From: Lachnospiraceae bacterium
GTDB taxonomy: Bacteria; Bacillota; Clostridia; Lachnospirales; Lachnospiraceae
Assembly (NCBI GenBank): GCA_019420465.1
Contig: JAHZHB010000119.1
Span: 1,002-65,001, forward strand
Length of the DNA stretch: 64,000 nt
Direction: 5' to 3'
Every line of letters begins with the position of its first letter. The first letter of the stretch is position 1. This document shows, one piece after another, positions 9,663 to 18,811 of the stretch. The position numbers were made by a program, and so were the translations under genes. The notes beneath the pieces were generated by a model. The model saw only the letters and a program-made list of their open reading frames with translations, was not told the origin of the DNA and made no database searches.

Positions 9663-10508
9663 TTATCCTTTGACAGCGCCCGCTGTCACGCCAGCCACCA
9701 TATATTTTTCCAGGAATATAAATACCAGCGCTATAGGGATGATGGAAATAGCAGCTGCAGCCATTATTTCCCCCCAGATAATGGTGTATTCTCCCTTTAA
9801 GGAGGAAATACCTACGGTCATTGTCCATTTCTCCGGTTTCGTGATAAATGTCCTTGCAAACAGGAACTCGCTCCAGCCAAGAATTGCCGAATACGTTGCC
9901 GTAGCAGCAATACCCGGTGTAACTAACGGAACAACAACCTTACGGACCGCCTGTATCCGGCTGCATCCGTCAATTCTTGCGGATTCCTCCAGCGTAATCG
10001 GAATACTGTCCAGATAGCCTTTCATCATCCATGTGGCAAAAGGAATAATGAAAGTAATATTGCTGATGATCAAAGATGCAAAGTTATTGATCATCTTCAT
10101 ATTGGTAAACATCATATACAACGGTACGATCAGCAGTGTTTCTGGAAGCATACGCACCACCAGTAAAAAGAAGCCCAGAAAATTGGTGGAGCGGTATTTA
10201 AATCTTGACATACTGTACGCTGCCATCGTGGATACAATAATTGCAATCACTGTGCTGAATGCCGTTACAAAAATCGAATTTCCAAACCATTGCAGTATGG
10301 GATGTGATTCTACGATTTTTTTGAAATTATCCAGTGTAAGCTGTGACAGCTTTGGCAATACACGGACATTGTCAAGCAGCGCACTTCTCTGTGTCAGCGA
10401 TGTCACCAGCATCCAGTATAAGGGAAATGCAAGAATCACCACTGAGAGAATGATAAGCATATACATACCTGCACGCCGTACTCGTTTCGACTGAAAAGCT
10501 TTCATCAC
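9663..10508 (-). CDS. carbohydrate ABC transporter permease (MalG-like)
   Basis: 281 aa, six hydrophobic segments, EAA-type loop (EESARIDGCSRIQAVRKVVVPL). Confidence 0.9.
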   Translation of the reverse strand: MMKAFQSKRVRRAGMYMLIILSVVILAFPLYWMLVTSLTQRSALLDNVRVLPKLSQLTLDNFKKIVESHPILQWFGNSIFVTAFSTVIAIIVSTMAAYSMSRFKYRSTNFLGFFLLVVRMLPETLLIVPLYMMFTNMKMINNFASLIISNITFIIPFATWMMKGYLDSIPITLEESARIDGCSRIQAVRKVVVPLVTPGIAATATYSAILGWSEFLFARTFITKPEKWTMTVGISSLKGEYTIIWGEIMAAAAISIIPIALVFIFLEKYMVAGVTAGAVKG

Positions 10509-10521
10509 TTATCACTCCCTT

Positions 10522-11436
10522 TCAATAAAACTGTTTTTTCAGTGACGGCATTGCCAGAATCACAAACAGGGAACAAACCAGTAGGCTCACAATGCCGATG
10601 CTGGAAGCATAGCCCATATTATAATATTTAAACGCCTGATTATACAGTAACAACGGCAATGTTTCTGTAGCCTGATTCGGTCCTCCACCTGTAATGGAAT
10701 ACACCAGATCATAATTTCTGAAAATCCATAAGCCATTCAGAAGTAATGACGTCACAATAATGGACTGCAGTGCCGGAAGCGTGATATTTCTAAATTTCTG
10801 CCATGCATTTGCACCGTCAATAGATGCCGCCTCATAGTAATCTCCCGAAATCCCCTTTAATCCAGCCAGTAAAGTCAGCGTGAAAAACGGATAACTTTTC
10901 CATATGGTTGCTGTAATAACCGTAGCAACTGCTGTTTTTTCTCCCGACAGCCATTTTACATTCTGACTGATCAGATGCAGCGATTTTAAAATCGTATTCA
11001 GGATGCCGTAGTTACCATCAAACAGCCAGGTAAACAACAGACCTACTACTACACCCGGAATCGGCCATGCCAGCAGGATCAGCGTACGCACCAGTTTCTG
11101 AAAGCGAAATCTTTTGTTCAGCAAAAGCGCCAGACCCAGACCAATCAGGAAAGAGATCGTTAAGGCAATCGCAGTAAACAGTACCGAACGCCACAGGGCA
11201 CTCCAGAACGCCGCATTCGAAAACAGTTTTCCGTAGTTATCCACAGTCAATGCACTTACATTATCTGTTTTGCTGCCAATAAACTTTATGTTCTGAAAAC
11301 TCAGTTTAATTGTTGTGAACAGTGGATAAATAATCAATGTAAGAGAAAATACTGCTGCCGGTAATGCAAACGAAACAGCCATTCTGTGATTCTTTTTTTC
11401 ACTGATACTTTTTTTGTTTCTGGTCATTTTTGCCAT
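10522..11436 (-). CDS. carbohydrate ABC transporter permease (MalF-like)
   Basis: Multi-pass protein with the EAA loop YEAASIDGANAWQKFRNITLP. ATG 11436 has an AGGTG RBS; the track start 11445 is a GTG. Confidence 0.9.
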   Translation of the reverse strand: MAKMTRNKKSISEKKNHRMAVSFALPAAVFSLTLIIYPLFTTIKLSFQNIKFIGSKTDNVSALTVDNYGKLFSNAAFWSALWRSVLFTAIALTISFLIGLGLALLLNKRFRFQKLVRTLILLAWPIPGVVVGLLFTWLFDGNYGILNTILKSLHLISQNVKWLSGEKTAVATVITATIWKSYPFFTLTLLAGLKGISGDYYEAASIDGANAWQKFRNITLPALQSIIVTSLLLNGLWIFRNYDLVYSITGGGPNQATETLPLLLYNQAFKYYNMGYASSIGIVSLLVCSLFVILAMPSLKKQFY

Positions 11437-11449
11437 TTTACACACCTGC

Positions 11450-12778
11450 TTATTTCAGTTCTGTAGAAATCTTATCCTGCATTCCCTTCAATGTCTCTTC
11501 AACATCTGCATACGGCTCTGTTACCATGGTCATAACACCATCGATGATATACTGTGTAAACTCTCCATAAACCTTTTCATAACCGGACGGAAGGATTTCC
11601 TGTGCTTTTTCTGCATCCTCAACAAACTGCCCCATAAACGGGTTTTCTTCCAGAATCTTATCATCGATAGCCGTGCTGCTCGGAGACGGAGATCCCACCT
11701 TTTCCATATACAGCTTCTGGAAATCGTCTTCCGTTACCATCTGGATAAATTCCCATACAAGGTCTTTCTCTTCGTCGCTGATCGAAGCCGGGATATGCAG
11801 ACTGTTACTCATGGAACCCGGTGTAGTCTCAAACGGTACAGAGGCAACAAGAAGATTCGGCTTGATGTCATCAGCTGCATTTTCAATCAGGGATGCCACC
11901 CACGGCCCATCAAAAATCATAGCCATTTTTCCCTCAACGAAATACTGCCGTTTCTGCTCTACAGAAAGACCTACCGGTGTATAGTTATTCTCAAACAACG
12001 ACTGATACAGCTTCAGTGCATCCACGGTTTCCTGCGATGTCATAGGTGCCAGATCGCCATTGTCCGACCATTTTCCACCCATACCCACAACAAATGTTGT
12101 CGCTTCATTGTAGAAATTCGTATCAGTTACCTGGCATGCACCAAATCCATAAACATCCGGATCGCCATCGCCATCTTTGTCCACTGTCAGCTTTTCTGCC
12201 GCCTGCATAAAAGAGTCCATATCCGTTGGTACTGCCATACCAGCATCGTCAAACATCTGCTTGTTGTAGTACATCGAATAACCATTTCCAAGCAACAGAA
12301 CACCATAGTAATCATCCCCCACTTTGAGGCCATCCTCCAGACTGCTCCATCTGTCCAGAATATCTGTCTTTTCCAGCCTGTCATTCAGAGAATCAAACCA
12401 TCCCATATCCGAAAACTGTGCAGCATATCTGGACGGAATATGTGTGATCTGCGGTGCATTCTCAGCCGCATATAAGGTTGTCAATGTATCTACATAACTG
12501 TCAAAAGGTACCTGATACAGATTGATTCTGACATTTTCATGTCTGTTTTCAAATTCAGCCACAGCTTCCTCCCAGAACTCCTGAAATCCCGGTTCTGTAG
12601 CCTGCCAGCTTGGAAACTCCAGTACGATCTCATCTCCAGTACTACTTGTTTTTGTTTCTTCAGCAACCGGTTCCGATCCTGCTGCCGACCCTGTCTCTGA
12701 GGATGCTGTCGATCCACATCCCACCAGACCTGCTACCATCGCTATTGCCAAAAATGCACTGACCATTCTTTTTCTCAT
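11450..12778 (-). CDS. ABC transporter extracellular sugar-binding lipoprotein
   Basis: Lipoprotein signal with lipobox LVGCGS. Family-1 solute-binding-protein size (442 aa), adjacent to two permeases. Confidence 0.85.
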   Translation of the reverse strand: MRKRMVSAFLAIAMVAGLVGCGSTASSETGSAAGSEPVAEETKTSSTGDEIVLEFPSWQATEPGFQEFWEEAVAEFENRHENVRINLYQVPFDSYVDTLTTLYAAENAPQITHIPSRYAAQFSDMGWFDSLNDRLEKTDILDRWSSLEDGLKVGDDYYGVLLLGNGYSMYYNKQMFDDAGMAVPTDMDSFMQAAEKLTVDKDGDGDPDVYGFGACQVTDTNFYNEATTFVVGMGGKWSDNGDLAPMTSQETVDALKLYQSLFENNYTPVGLSVEQKRQYFVEGKMAMIFDGPWVASLIENAADDIKPNLLVASVPFETTPGSMSNSLHIPASISDEEKDLVWEFIQMVTEDDFQKLYMEKVGSPSPSSTAIDDKILEENPFMGQFVEDAEKAQEILPSGYEKVYGEFTQYIIDGVMTMVTEPYADVEETLKGMQDKISTELK

Positions 12779-12798
12779 CTTTTTTCTCCCTTTTATCT

Positions 12799-14136
12799 TT
12801 ATACATTCGCTCCGTTTTCTTTAAGTTTTTTTCTTAACACCGGAACATCTACCGTCCGAGGCCGTATATGCTTTTCTGCTGCCATTGCTGCGGCCATACC
12901 TGCGGCTTCACCGATTGCCATGCAGGATGGCATAATTCTTGTTGAGGCCAGAGCCTTTGCCGTAGTTGAAATACATCTTCCCGCCACTAACAGATTCTCT
13001 GTCTCTTTTGGTATCAGGCAACGATAGGGAATATCATAGCAGCCATCCTCACTTTTAATAAAAGAAACACCCCATCCGTTCCCTTTGGGATCGTGAATAT
13101 CTATGCAGTATCCGTTTTTCGCAATACAGTCCTCAAATTTTCTTCCCTGCAGGATATCTGTACTGTTCAAAACGTATTCGCCCTCAATTCTTCTTGTTTC
13201 TCTTATGCCAATACCATTCGGAATACTGGTGATATGTGCCTTCTCCATGCCCGGAACATTTGCCGTCAGAAAGCGGACAACCTTTTTCAACTGTCTTCTG
13301 CCCTCTATTTCTGCTTCCGAAAGCTCATAGGCATCTGCACCGTTTTTTCCACTGACCCGGATTGTATTTACATAGGTCAGTTCATTTTGCCGCATTGTAC
13401 CGGCCCAGATATTATGATCCTTATGAGGGAAAATTCCATCCCGTAAAATAATATCATTCCATTCTGTCAGTTTCCCACTGATATGCAGATTGTATTTGTG
13501 ATCTCCGCCAATGGGACACTCGATGATCGGATTTTCCGAAAAATGGCCCGTTGCCTTTTCCACATCAACATCACCCAGCTTAAACAAAAGGCTCATCGCC
13601 TGACAAAGCCCGTCCTCTTCCCGGCCAAGCTTATACTCTGCACCTGCAAAATTGGCCAGATCCCCGTCACCGGTTGCATCTATAAAACAGTCCGCTGTAA
13701 ATTTTGTCAGACCATTTTTATTGGCGACAAGAATCTTTTTTAACACATTCTCTTCTACTTCTGCACCGCATACAAAAGAATGGTACAATATATCACAGCC
13801 ACTTTCCAGAAGCATCTCTTCTGCTACAATTTTTACCCATTCCGGATCTATCATGGTCACAGAATTCAAATGACCACCACTGGTCCTTATATGTCCAAGT
13901 GCAGCTTTTTCTTTATACAGCCGTTCCATCAGCTCCTGGGCCTGCCCCTGTATGATCTGGACACCATTTCTGGTGAAAAAATCAATGAATGGCAGACCAG
14001 AAGCAGCGGTTCCGCCCACATATGCATTTTTCTCAATCAGCAAAACTCTTGCATCGGTTCTTGATGCGCTGAGTGCCGCAGAAATTCCGGCTGTACCGCC
14101 ACCGGCAACAATCACATCATATGTTTCCTGATACAT
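12799..14136 (-). CDS. FAD-dependent oxidoreductase (PF12831-like)
   Basis: N-terminal dinucleotide fold DVIVAGGGTAGISAAL and an IDATGDGD motif. GGAAGGAGG RBS precedes ATG 14136; the track ORF extends to 14271. Confidence 0.8.
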   Translation of the reverse strand: MYQETYDVIVAGGGTAGISAALSASRTDARVLLIEKNAYVGGTAASGLPFIDFFTRNGVQIIQGQAQELMERLYKEKAALGHIRTSGGHLNSVTMIDPEWVKIVAEEMLLESGCDILYHSFVCGAEVEENVLKKILVANKNGLTKFTADCFIDATGDGDLANFAGAEYKLGREEDGLCQAMSLLFKLGDVDVEKATGHFSENPIIECPIGGDHKYNLHISGKLTEWNDIILRDGIFPHKDHNIWAGTMRQNELTYVNTIRVSGKNGADAYELSEAEIEGRRQLKKVVRFLTANVPGMEKAHITSIPNGIGIRETRRIEGEYVLNSTDILQGRKFEDCIAKNGYCIDIHDPKGNGWGVSFIKSEDGCYDIPYRCLIPKETENLLVAGRCISTTAKALASTRIMPSCMAIGEAAGMAAAMAAEKHIRPRTVDVPVLRKKLKENGANV

Positions 14137-14333
14137 ATTCTGTCCGACCTCCTTCCTGTTTCTCTTCAGCGTTCGAACACCTTGTGACTGCATCTTATAT
14201 AATTTCCATTCTTTTTTAAACGTGGTAATCTTTCTATTTTGTTTGTTTTCTTTCGAATTTCTCCAAAACACTTTCTTTCTAAATAGAATCGTCTATAATA
14301 TTTTTAAGAACATTCTGAAAAGGAGATCTTATT

Positions 14334-16043
14334 TTGCGACAGCTTCCCTTTGAAAAAATTCTGTACAAAAACTACATGTATCTTATCCTGACAGCGGCTA
14401 TTCTGATCAGTGTTTTTACGGCTGCCGTAGATGTTTCCACAACCCTGAATAATGAAAAGAAAAATATGCAGGATTCCCTAAAACAGGCACAAATCAACAT
14501 CAATACCCATTCCCAGATGATCGAAGATTATCTCACTCTGACACACAGCAATTCCCAGCTGCAGAAAAATCTTCGAAAGCTATACGCCAGACCATCTGCC
14601 TCTCTGCTTACCGCTATAAATGAAAAGCTGTTTTCAGTCGATCTGTTTAAAAAATCTCTGGATTCCATGCAGATTTTTGCTTATGAGGAAGCCTCTTTTC
14701 TTCCAGCTTTTTCAGACACTTCGCAGTATGGAAACGCCATATTTTCTGCCGAGAGTGTATCTGATGCTGACTGGTTTCAGCAGACACTGGACAGCACAGG
14801 TAAAACCTACTGGTTTACAGACGATGATAATTTCCGAAAACCCACCCTGTGTGCTGCCCGTGTTTTATACGACACCAGCAATCCGGAACATATACTGGGC
14901 GTTTTAAAAGCCAATGTTTCTGTAGAAAAAATGATCCGACATCTGAAAACCCTTTCTTTTGGTAAAAAAGGATATACCTTTATTTCTACGGCAACTGTTT
15001 CTCTTTACGTTGATGCAGATGTTTCCACAACAGATCTGCCTGCTGTCTCTGGGGAGCCGGAACACTCCTCCCTCTCACACCTTGTTATGACATATCCCGT
15101 AATAACAGACGGCTGGCATGTAACAGGTGTTATTGACAACCGCGCACTATATCGCAGTACCTTCCAGAATCTGCTGTGGATCTTACTTATATTTATCCTT
15201 GTTTTGATAGCAGCCGCTCTTTTATCGCGGGAAAACAGCCGGAGAATCTCTGCACCGGTAAACCAGCTTTGCGAACATATGCTAAAGCTGGAAACCTGTC
15301 AAAAGATTCCTGCTGCAAACTGTACCGAAATCCGCCAGCTATATGACACCTACAACAAAATGCTTGAGAAAAATGAAGCTCTGATAAAGTCCAGAGAGGA
15401 TGCCCTTTTAAAATTCAAACAGGCAGAAATGGCAGCACTACAGTCCCAGATGAATCCACATTTTATCTATAATACGCTGGAATCCATCAACGCGCTGATT
15501 TCTATCGGCGATACCGAACATGCCTCTTTAATGACTACCGGTCTTGGCAATTTTTTGCGCAGCAGTCTGAATAACGGCAACAACTATATTTCTTTGCAAA
15601 AAGAACTGGAACAGGTAATTTCCTACATACAGATTCAGAAGTTTCGTTATGCGAACCAGATTGAATTACGGCTTAACGTACCTGCTGTTATTCCGGATTA
15701 CCGGATCATCAAACTGATTTTGCAGCCACTAGTGGAAAATTGCATCTTGCATGGTTTTAAAGATCTGGATGAAACAGGAATTATCACCATCGGCATTTCA
15801 GAAACAGACACCGATCTGATTCTCTCTGTCGCTGATAACGGTTTTGGAAGTGATATTGAAATGCTGAATTATCTTGTCCGGCAGAAAACACTGTACAGAG
15901 AAGATAATGTGAATTTTTACTGTATACAGAATGTATTTCACCGTCTGTATAACTGTTACGGAGAAAACAGCAGTCTGCTTTATACAGAAAACGCGGACGG
16001 CGGTGTTACTGCCACCATCCGTATTGCCAAAAAGGTTCTGTAG
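14334..16043 (+). CDS. sensor histidine kinase, YesM-like
   Basis: Two TM segments flank a sensor domain. H-box region QSQMNPHFIYNTLESI plus a C-terminal HATPase. TTG start with AAAGGAG RBS. Confidence 0.85.
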   Translation: MRQLPFEKILYKNYMYLILTAAILISVFTAAVDVSTTLNNEKKNMQDSLKQAQININTHSQMIEDYLTLTHSNSQLQKNLRKLYARPSASLLTAINEKLFSVDLFKKSLDSMQIFAYEEASFLPAFSDTSQYGNAIFSAESVSDADWFQQTLDSTGKTYWFTDDDNFRKPTLCAARVLYDTSNPEHILGVLKANVSVEKMIRHLKTLSFGKKGYTFISTATVSLYVDADVSTTDLPAVSGEPEHSSLSHLVMTYPVITDGWHVTGVIDNRALYRSTFQNLLWILLIFILVLIAAALLSRENSRRISAPVNQLCEHMLKLETCQKIPAANCTEIRQLYDTYNKMLEKNEALIKSREDALLKFKQAEMAALQSQMNPHFIYNTLESINALISIGDTEHASLMTTGLGNFLRSSLNNGNNYISLQKELEQVISYIQIQKFRYANQIELRLNVPAVIPDYRIIKLILQPLVENCILHGFKDLDETGIITIGISETDTDLILSVADNGFGSDIEMLNYLVRQKTLYREDNVNFYCIQNVFHRLYNCYGENSSLLYTENADGGVTATIRIAKKVL

Positions 16044-16073
16044 TTTTATCCATACACAGGAAAGGATGATCTT

Positions 16074-17684
16074 ATGTTACATATTGTTTTAGTGGATGAT
16101 GAACAGCTGATCATTCATCATCTCATACAGATAATTTCCGGCTTTGATATTCCACATAAAATTGTCGGTACAGCAACCAATAATGAACAGGCTTTGACAA
16201 TCATCCGGGAGACCCGTCCAAATCTTGTCATTACAGATATTCGCATGGGTTCATCCAACGGTCTGGATCTTTGTGAAACCCTGAGCACAACTATGCCGCA
16301 GACAAAGCTTATCCTTCTGTCCGGTTATGATGATTTTCATTATGCACAAAAGGCTTTTCGTTATAATGTTTTTCATTATCTTTTAAAGCCCATCAATGCC
16401 AAAGAGCTTTACGAGCAGCTGGCGCAGGTTTCTGCTATACTGCAAGATGAAGCCGCCACAGAAGCAAAAGATTTTCGTCTGAAAGCGCAGATCCATGATT
16501 GTCTGCCCATGATGCAGGAATGGTTTTTCAAAATCATCCGGGATAATCAGACGGATCTTACTGCGATTGACTCCGTTTTTCAGCTGTTTGACATTGATAT
16601 TTTAAATCCGTTGTACCAAACTGTATTTGTCTCGTTATCTCAGGAAAAAAACATGCAGGAAATAGAAAAGGACTTTATGAATGTTTCCAAGCTGGCTCAG
16701 ACGATCCGGCTTTTTATAGATACTTCCATAAAATCCATCTATTTTTATGATGCAACCTCCATTACACTGATTCTTTCAGCTAGCTATGACCGTCCGGAAA
16801 TCCTGCATCAGCAAAGCTATGAACTGGCTGACCGTATCCGGCAATATCTGGATTTCAGTTATGAAAATCCATTCTCCATAGGGATGTCTACAACTGTGCA
16901 GCAGATTGGCGCACTTCGCCAGTCCGTAAAGGATGCTTTTTCCGCCAGCAAGTACTCCTTCTATATCGGTTTTAATGAAATTATATGTATTACCGATGTC
17001 GAACTGCGCTTAAACAATCCTATGGTTCCAAACTTCAAATATATACAGGAAGATCTTTTAAAGCACTTAAAACTGTGCGATCTGCAAAGTGCACTGCAAT
17101 ACCTGAATATTTATCACCTCAATGTGCTCCAGCTACATGACAGCCAGGCACTTTCCAGAAACAAATTTCTGGAACTGTACTACTATTTATCAAACGCGCT
17201 GAATGAAGAATTTCAGTCTGAACTGCCGTTTCATCCGGATATCGCAGGAAAAATAGAAAACAGTACAAATCTTGATGACCTGAAGATGATTCTGGTGCAA
17301 TATATTCAGGATGTAATTTTCTCTATCGAACAGCTGCGCACCAGTAAAAGCAGAAAGCTGATCGATAAAGCCAAACAATATATTCAGGATAACTATGCGC
17401 ATGAGATTTCTCTGGATTCCATCGCCTGTGAGATTGGTCTGTCTGCCTGCTATCTGAGTACCTTGTTCAAAAATATTGAAACTGTTTCGTTAAAAGACTA
17501 TATCACCACGATTCGTATAAATGCATCCAAAAAATACCTCAAGGATATTGATCTGAAAATATACGAGGTCGCCGCAAACGTAGGATATACGGACTCCCGC
17601 TATTTCAGTCAGTTATTCCGCAAAAAAACGGGATATACTCCTGTACAGTACCGAGAATTTATACAAAATTCTTCCAAAAAATAG
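16074..17684 (+). CDS. response regulator with AraC-type HTH output domain, YesN-like
   Basis: N-terminal receiver domain (DDE...D...K pattern) and C-terminal AraC HTH (GYTDSRYFSQLFRKKTGYTP). Confidence 0.85.
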   Translation: MLHIVLVDDEQLIIHHLIQIISGFDIPHKIVGTATNNEQALTIIRETRPNLVITDIRMGSSNGLDLCETLSTTMPQTKLILLSGYDDFHYAQKAFRYNVFHYLLKPINAKELYEQLAQVSAILQDEAATEAKDFRLKAQIHDCLPMMQEWFFKIIRDNQTDLTAIDSVFQLFDIDILNPLYQTVFVSLSQEKNMQEIEKDFMNVSKLAQTIRLFIDTSIKSIYFYDATSITLILSASYDRPEILHQQSYELADRIRQYLDFSYENPFSIGMSTTVQQIGALRQSVKDAFSASKYSFYIGFNEIICITDVELRLNNPMVPNFKYIQEDLLKHLKLCDLQSALQYLNIYHLNVLQLHDSQALSRNKFLELYYYLSNALNEEFQSELPFHPDIAGKIENSTNLDDLKMILVQYIQDVIFSIEQLRTSKSRKLIDKAKQYIQDNYAHEISLDSIACEIGLSACYLSTLFKNIETVSLKDYITTIRINASKKYLKDIDLKIYEVAANVGYTDSRYFSQLFRKKTGYTPVQYREFIQNSSKK

Positions 17685-17967
17685 AAAATATGTTGCCATC
17701 CCGGGAAGAAATCCAAAATTTCTGCCCGGGGTGCAGCATATTTGCAAAAAAAATACAGCCTCCATATCGGAAACTGTTCAGTGTGCGATGTGTAAAAGGA
17801 GGACGGGCTACCCCGGTTCAAGATCATGTAGAGGAAGTATCATCATTTTTGTTGCGGAGGAAAAACGATGATCATTGATATCGATCCGGAGTATCCACCC
17901 AGCCGTTTAATCTCTTATTCCGTATTCGAGGCTATTGGCCAAGTGAATATCACATACAGGATATTCC

Positions 17968-17999
17968 ATAAAAATAATGCCTGCTCGAAAGAAGCAGAC
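17968..17999 (-). terminator. intrinsic terminator ending the cobalamin-riboswitch transcript
   Basis: On the minus strand, a 7-bp stem GUCUGCU/AGCAGGC with a 7-nt loop is followed by AUUAUUUUUA. Confidence 0.55.
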
Positions 18000-18039
18000 A
18001 TCTAAGACGATCCATATGGATCGAATAGCTGTTCAACTT

Positions 18040-18245
18040 TCTTCGGAAGTCTCAACCTCACTACACAAGCAGGTTTCCTGACTTACAGATCAACGCTAGG
18101 CTCTCCTTCTCATATGCTGAGGACATACAATGGATATTTGAGCTTCACTCCCTGCTCACAGTGACCGGATCGCTCAGGACTTACACCTGATTCCCTCTTT
18201 CAACTGGTACGAGTACCAGAAGCACTTGCATAGGCAATATGGAAT
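18040..18245 (-). ncRNA. cobalamin (B12) riboswitch aptamer with no downstream CDS
   Basis: Minus strand reads AGAGGGAAUCAGGUGUAAGUCCUGAGCGAUCCGGUCACUGUGA (core around 18195..18184). The B12 box AGUCAGGAAACCUGC lies at 18083..18069. Confidence 0.8.
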
Positions 18246-18256
18246 AATACGATAGT

Positions 18257-18285
18257 ATAATAGCATCCTCTGGCAGATCTGTCAA
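18257..18285 (-). promoter_or_regulatory. near-consensus sigma-A promoter driving the riboswitch
   Basis: Minus strand reads TTGACA (18285..18280), a 17-nt spacer, then TATTAT (18262..18257). The -35 box sits inside a 9-bp-stem hairpin (18270..18299) that may terminate the upstream operon. Confidence 0.6.
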
Positions 18286-18325
18286 CCCAAATCTGCCAGA
18301 GAATACATATTTCTCCTCCGTTTTT

Positions 18326-18811
18326 TTACCTGAGTTTCAAATCCAGATGGCTCTCCTCAAGGACACCACCATACCGCTCCGGTAATGCCGCCTGCAGTTC
18401 TTTTTTGCAAGTGGACACATTGACCTGCTGCCATGTTTTCGTGTGGATTTCCCATGAGGATGCGATATCCGCTTTGCTGTCCCGGCTACGGACACGCTGC
18501 AGCTGAGCGGAAAACAGGGGACCTGCAATATGACATTTATACACAGTTCCTTCACTTTGATACAGCTTCTGTCCACAGTGCAGCAGTACTTTTACCGGAT
18601 GCGTAAACCAGATCGCATCGACCAGTGCGGCTCCAAGCTTCGAATATTCCTTTGGCAATCCGTACAGAAGCCTTTTCTGATCCGGACTATACATCTCTTC
18701 AAGGTAAAAGCAGTCACCGGATGCAAAAGCCAGATAAAAGCGACACTCCTTTTCCTGCAGCAGCTTCTGTACAGTGTCCGGCAGCATTTCCGGCTTTAGT
18801 TTTTCCTGCAT
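18326..18811 (-). CDS. hypothetical protein (161 aa)
   Basis: The ORF overlaps the upstream gene's stop by 16 nt. No family recognised. Confidence 0.5.
   Translation of the reverse strand: MQEKLKPEMLPDTVQKLLQEKECRFYLAFASGDCFYLEEMYSPDQKRLLYGLPKEYSKLGAALVDAIWFTHPVKVLLHCGQKLYQSEGTVYKCHIAGPLFSAQLQRVRSRDSKADIASSWEIHTKTWQQVNVSTCKKELQAALPERYGGVLEESHLDLKLR

Noticed and set aside
11414-12475. 353-aa plus-strand ORF
   Set aside because: It is entirely antisense to the well-supported sugar-binding lipoprotein gene. The sequence is low-complexity and Cys/His/Ile-rich, with no RBS. This is a typical shadow ORF.
17609-17827. 72-aa minus-strand ORF considered as the gene controlled by the cobalamin riboswitch
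   Set aside because: It starts ~140 nt beyond the riboswitch terminator, has no RBS and overlaps the 3' end of the response-regulator gene. Its sequence is not protein-like.
17867-18007. 46-aa plus-strand ORF (MIIDIDPEYPPSRLISYSVFEAIGQ...) with a GGAGGA RBS
   Set aside because: It is short with no recognisable family, and its end overlaps the riboswitch terminator on the other strand. It could be a remnant of a lost gene, but nothing supports calling it.
17990-18250. Considered RNase P RNA, tmRNA or SRP RNA for this ORF-free structured region
   Set aside because: It has no GAGGAAAGUCC-type RNase P core, no tRNA-like 3' end or tag ORF, and no GGAAGCAGC SRP domain IV. The sequence fits the cobalamin aptamer and B12 box instead.
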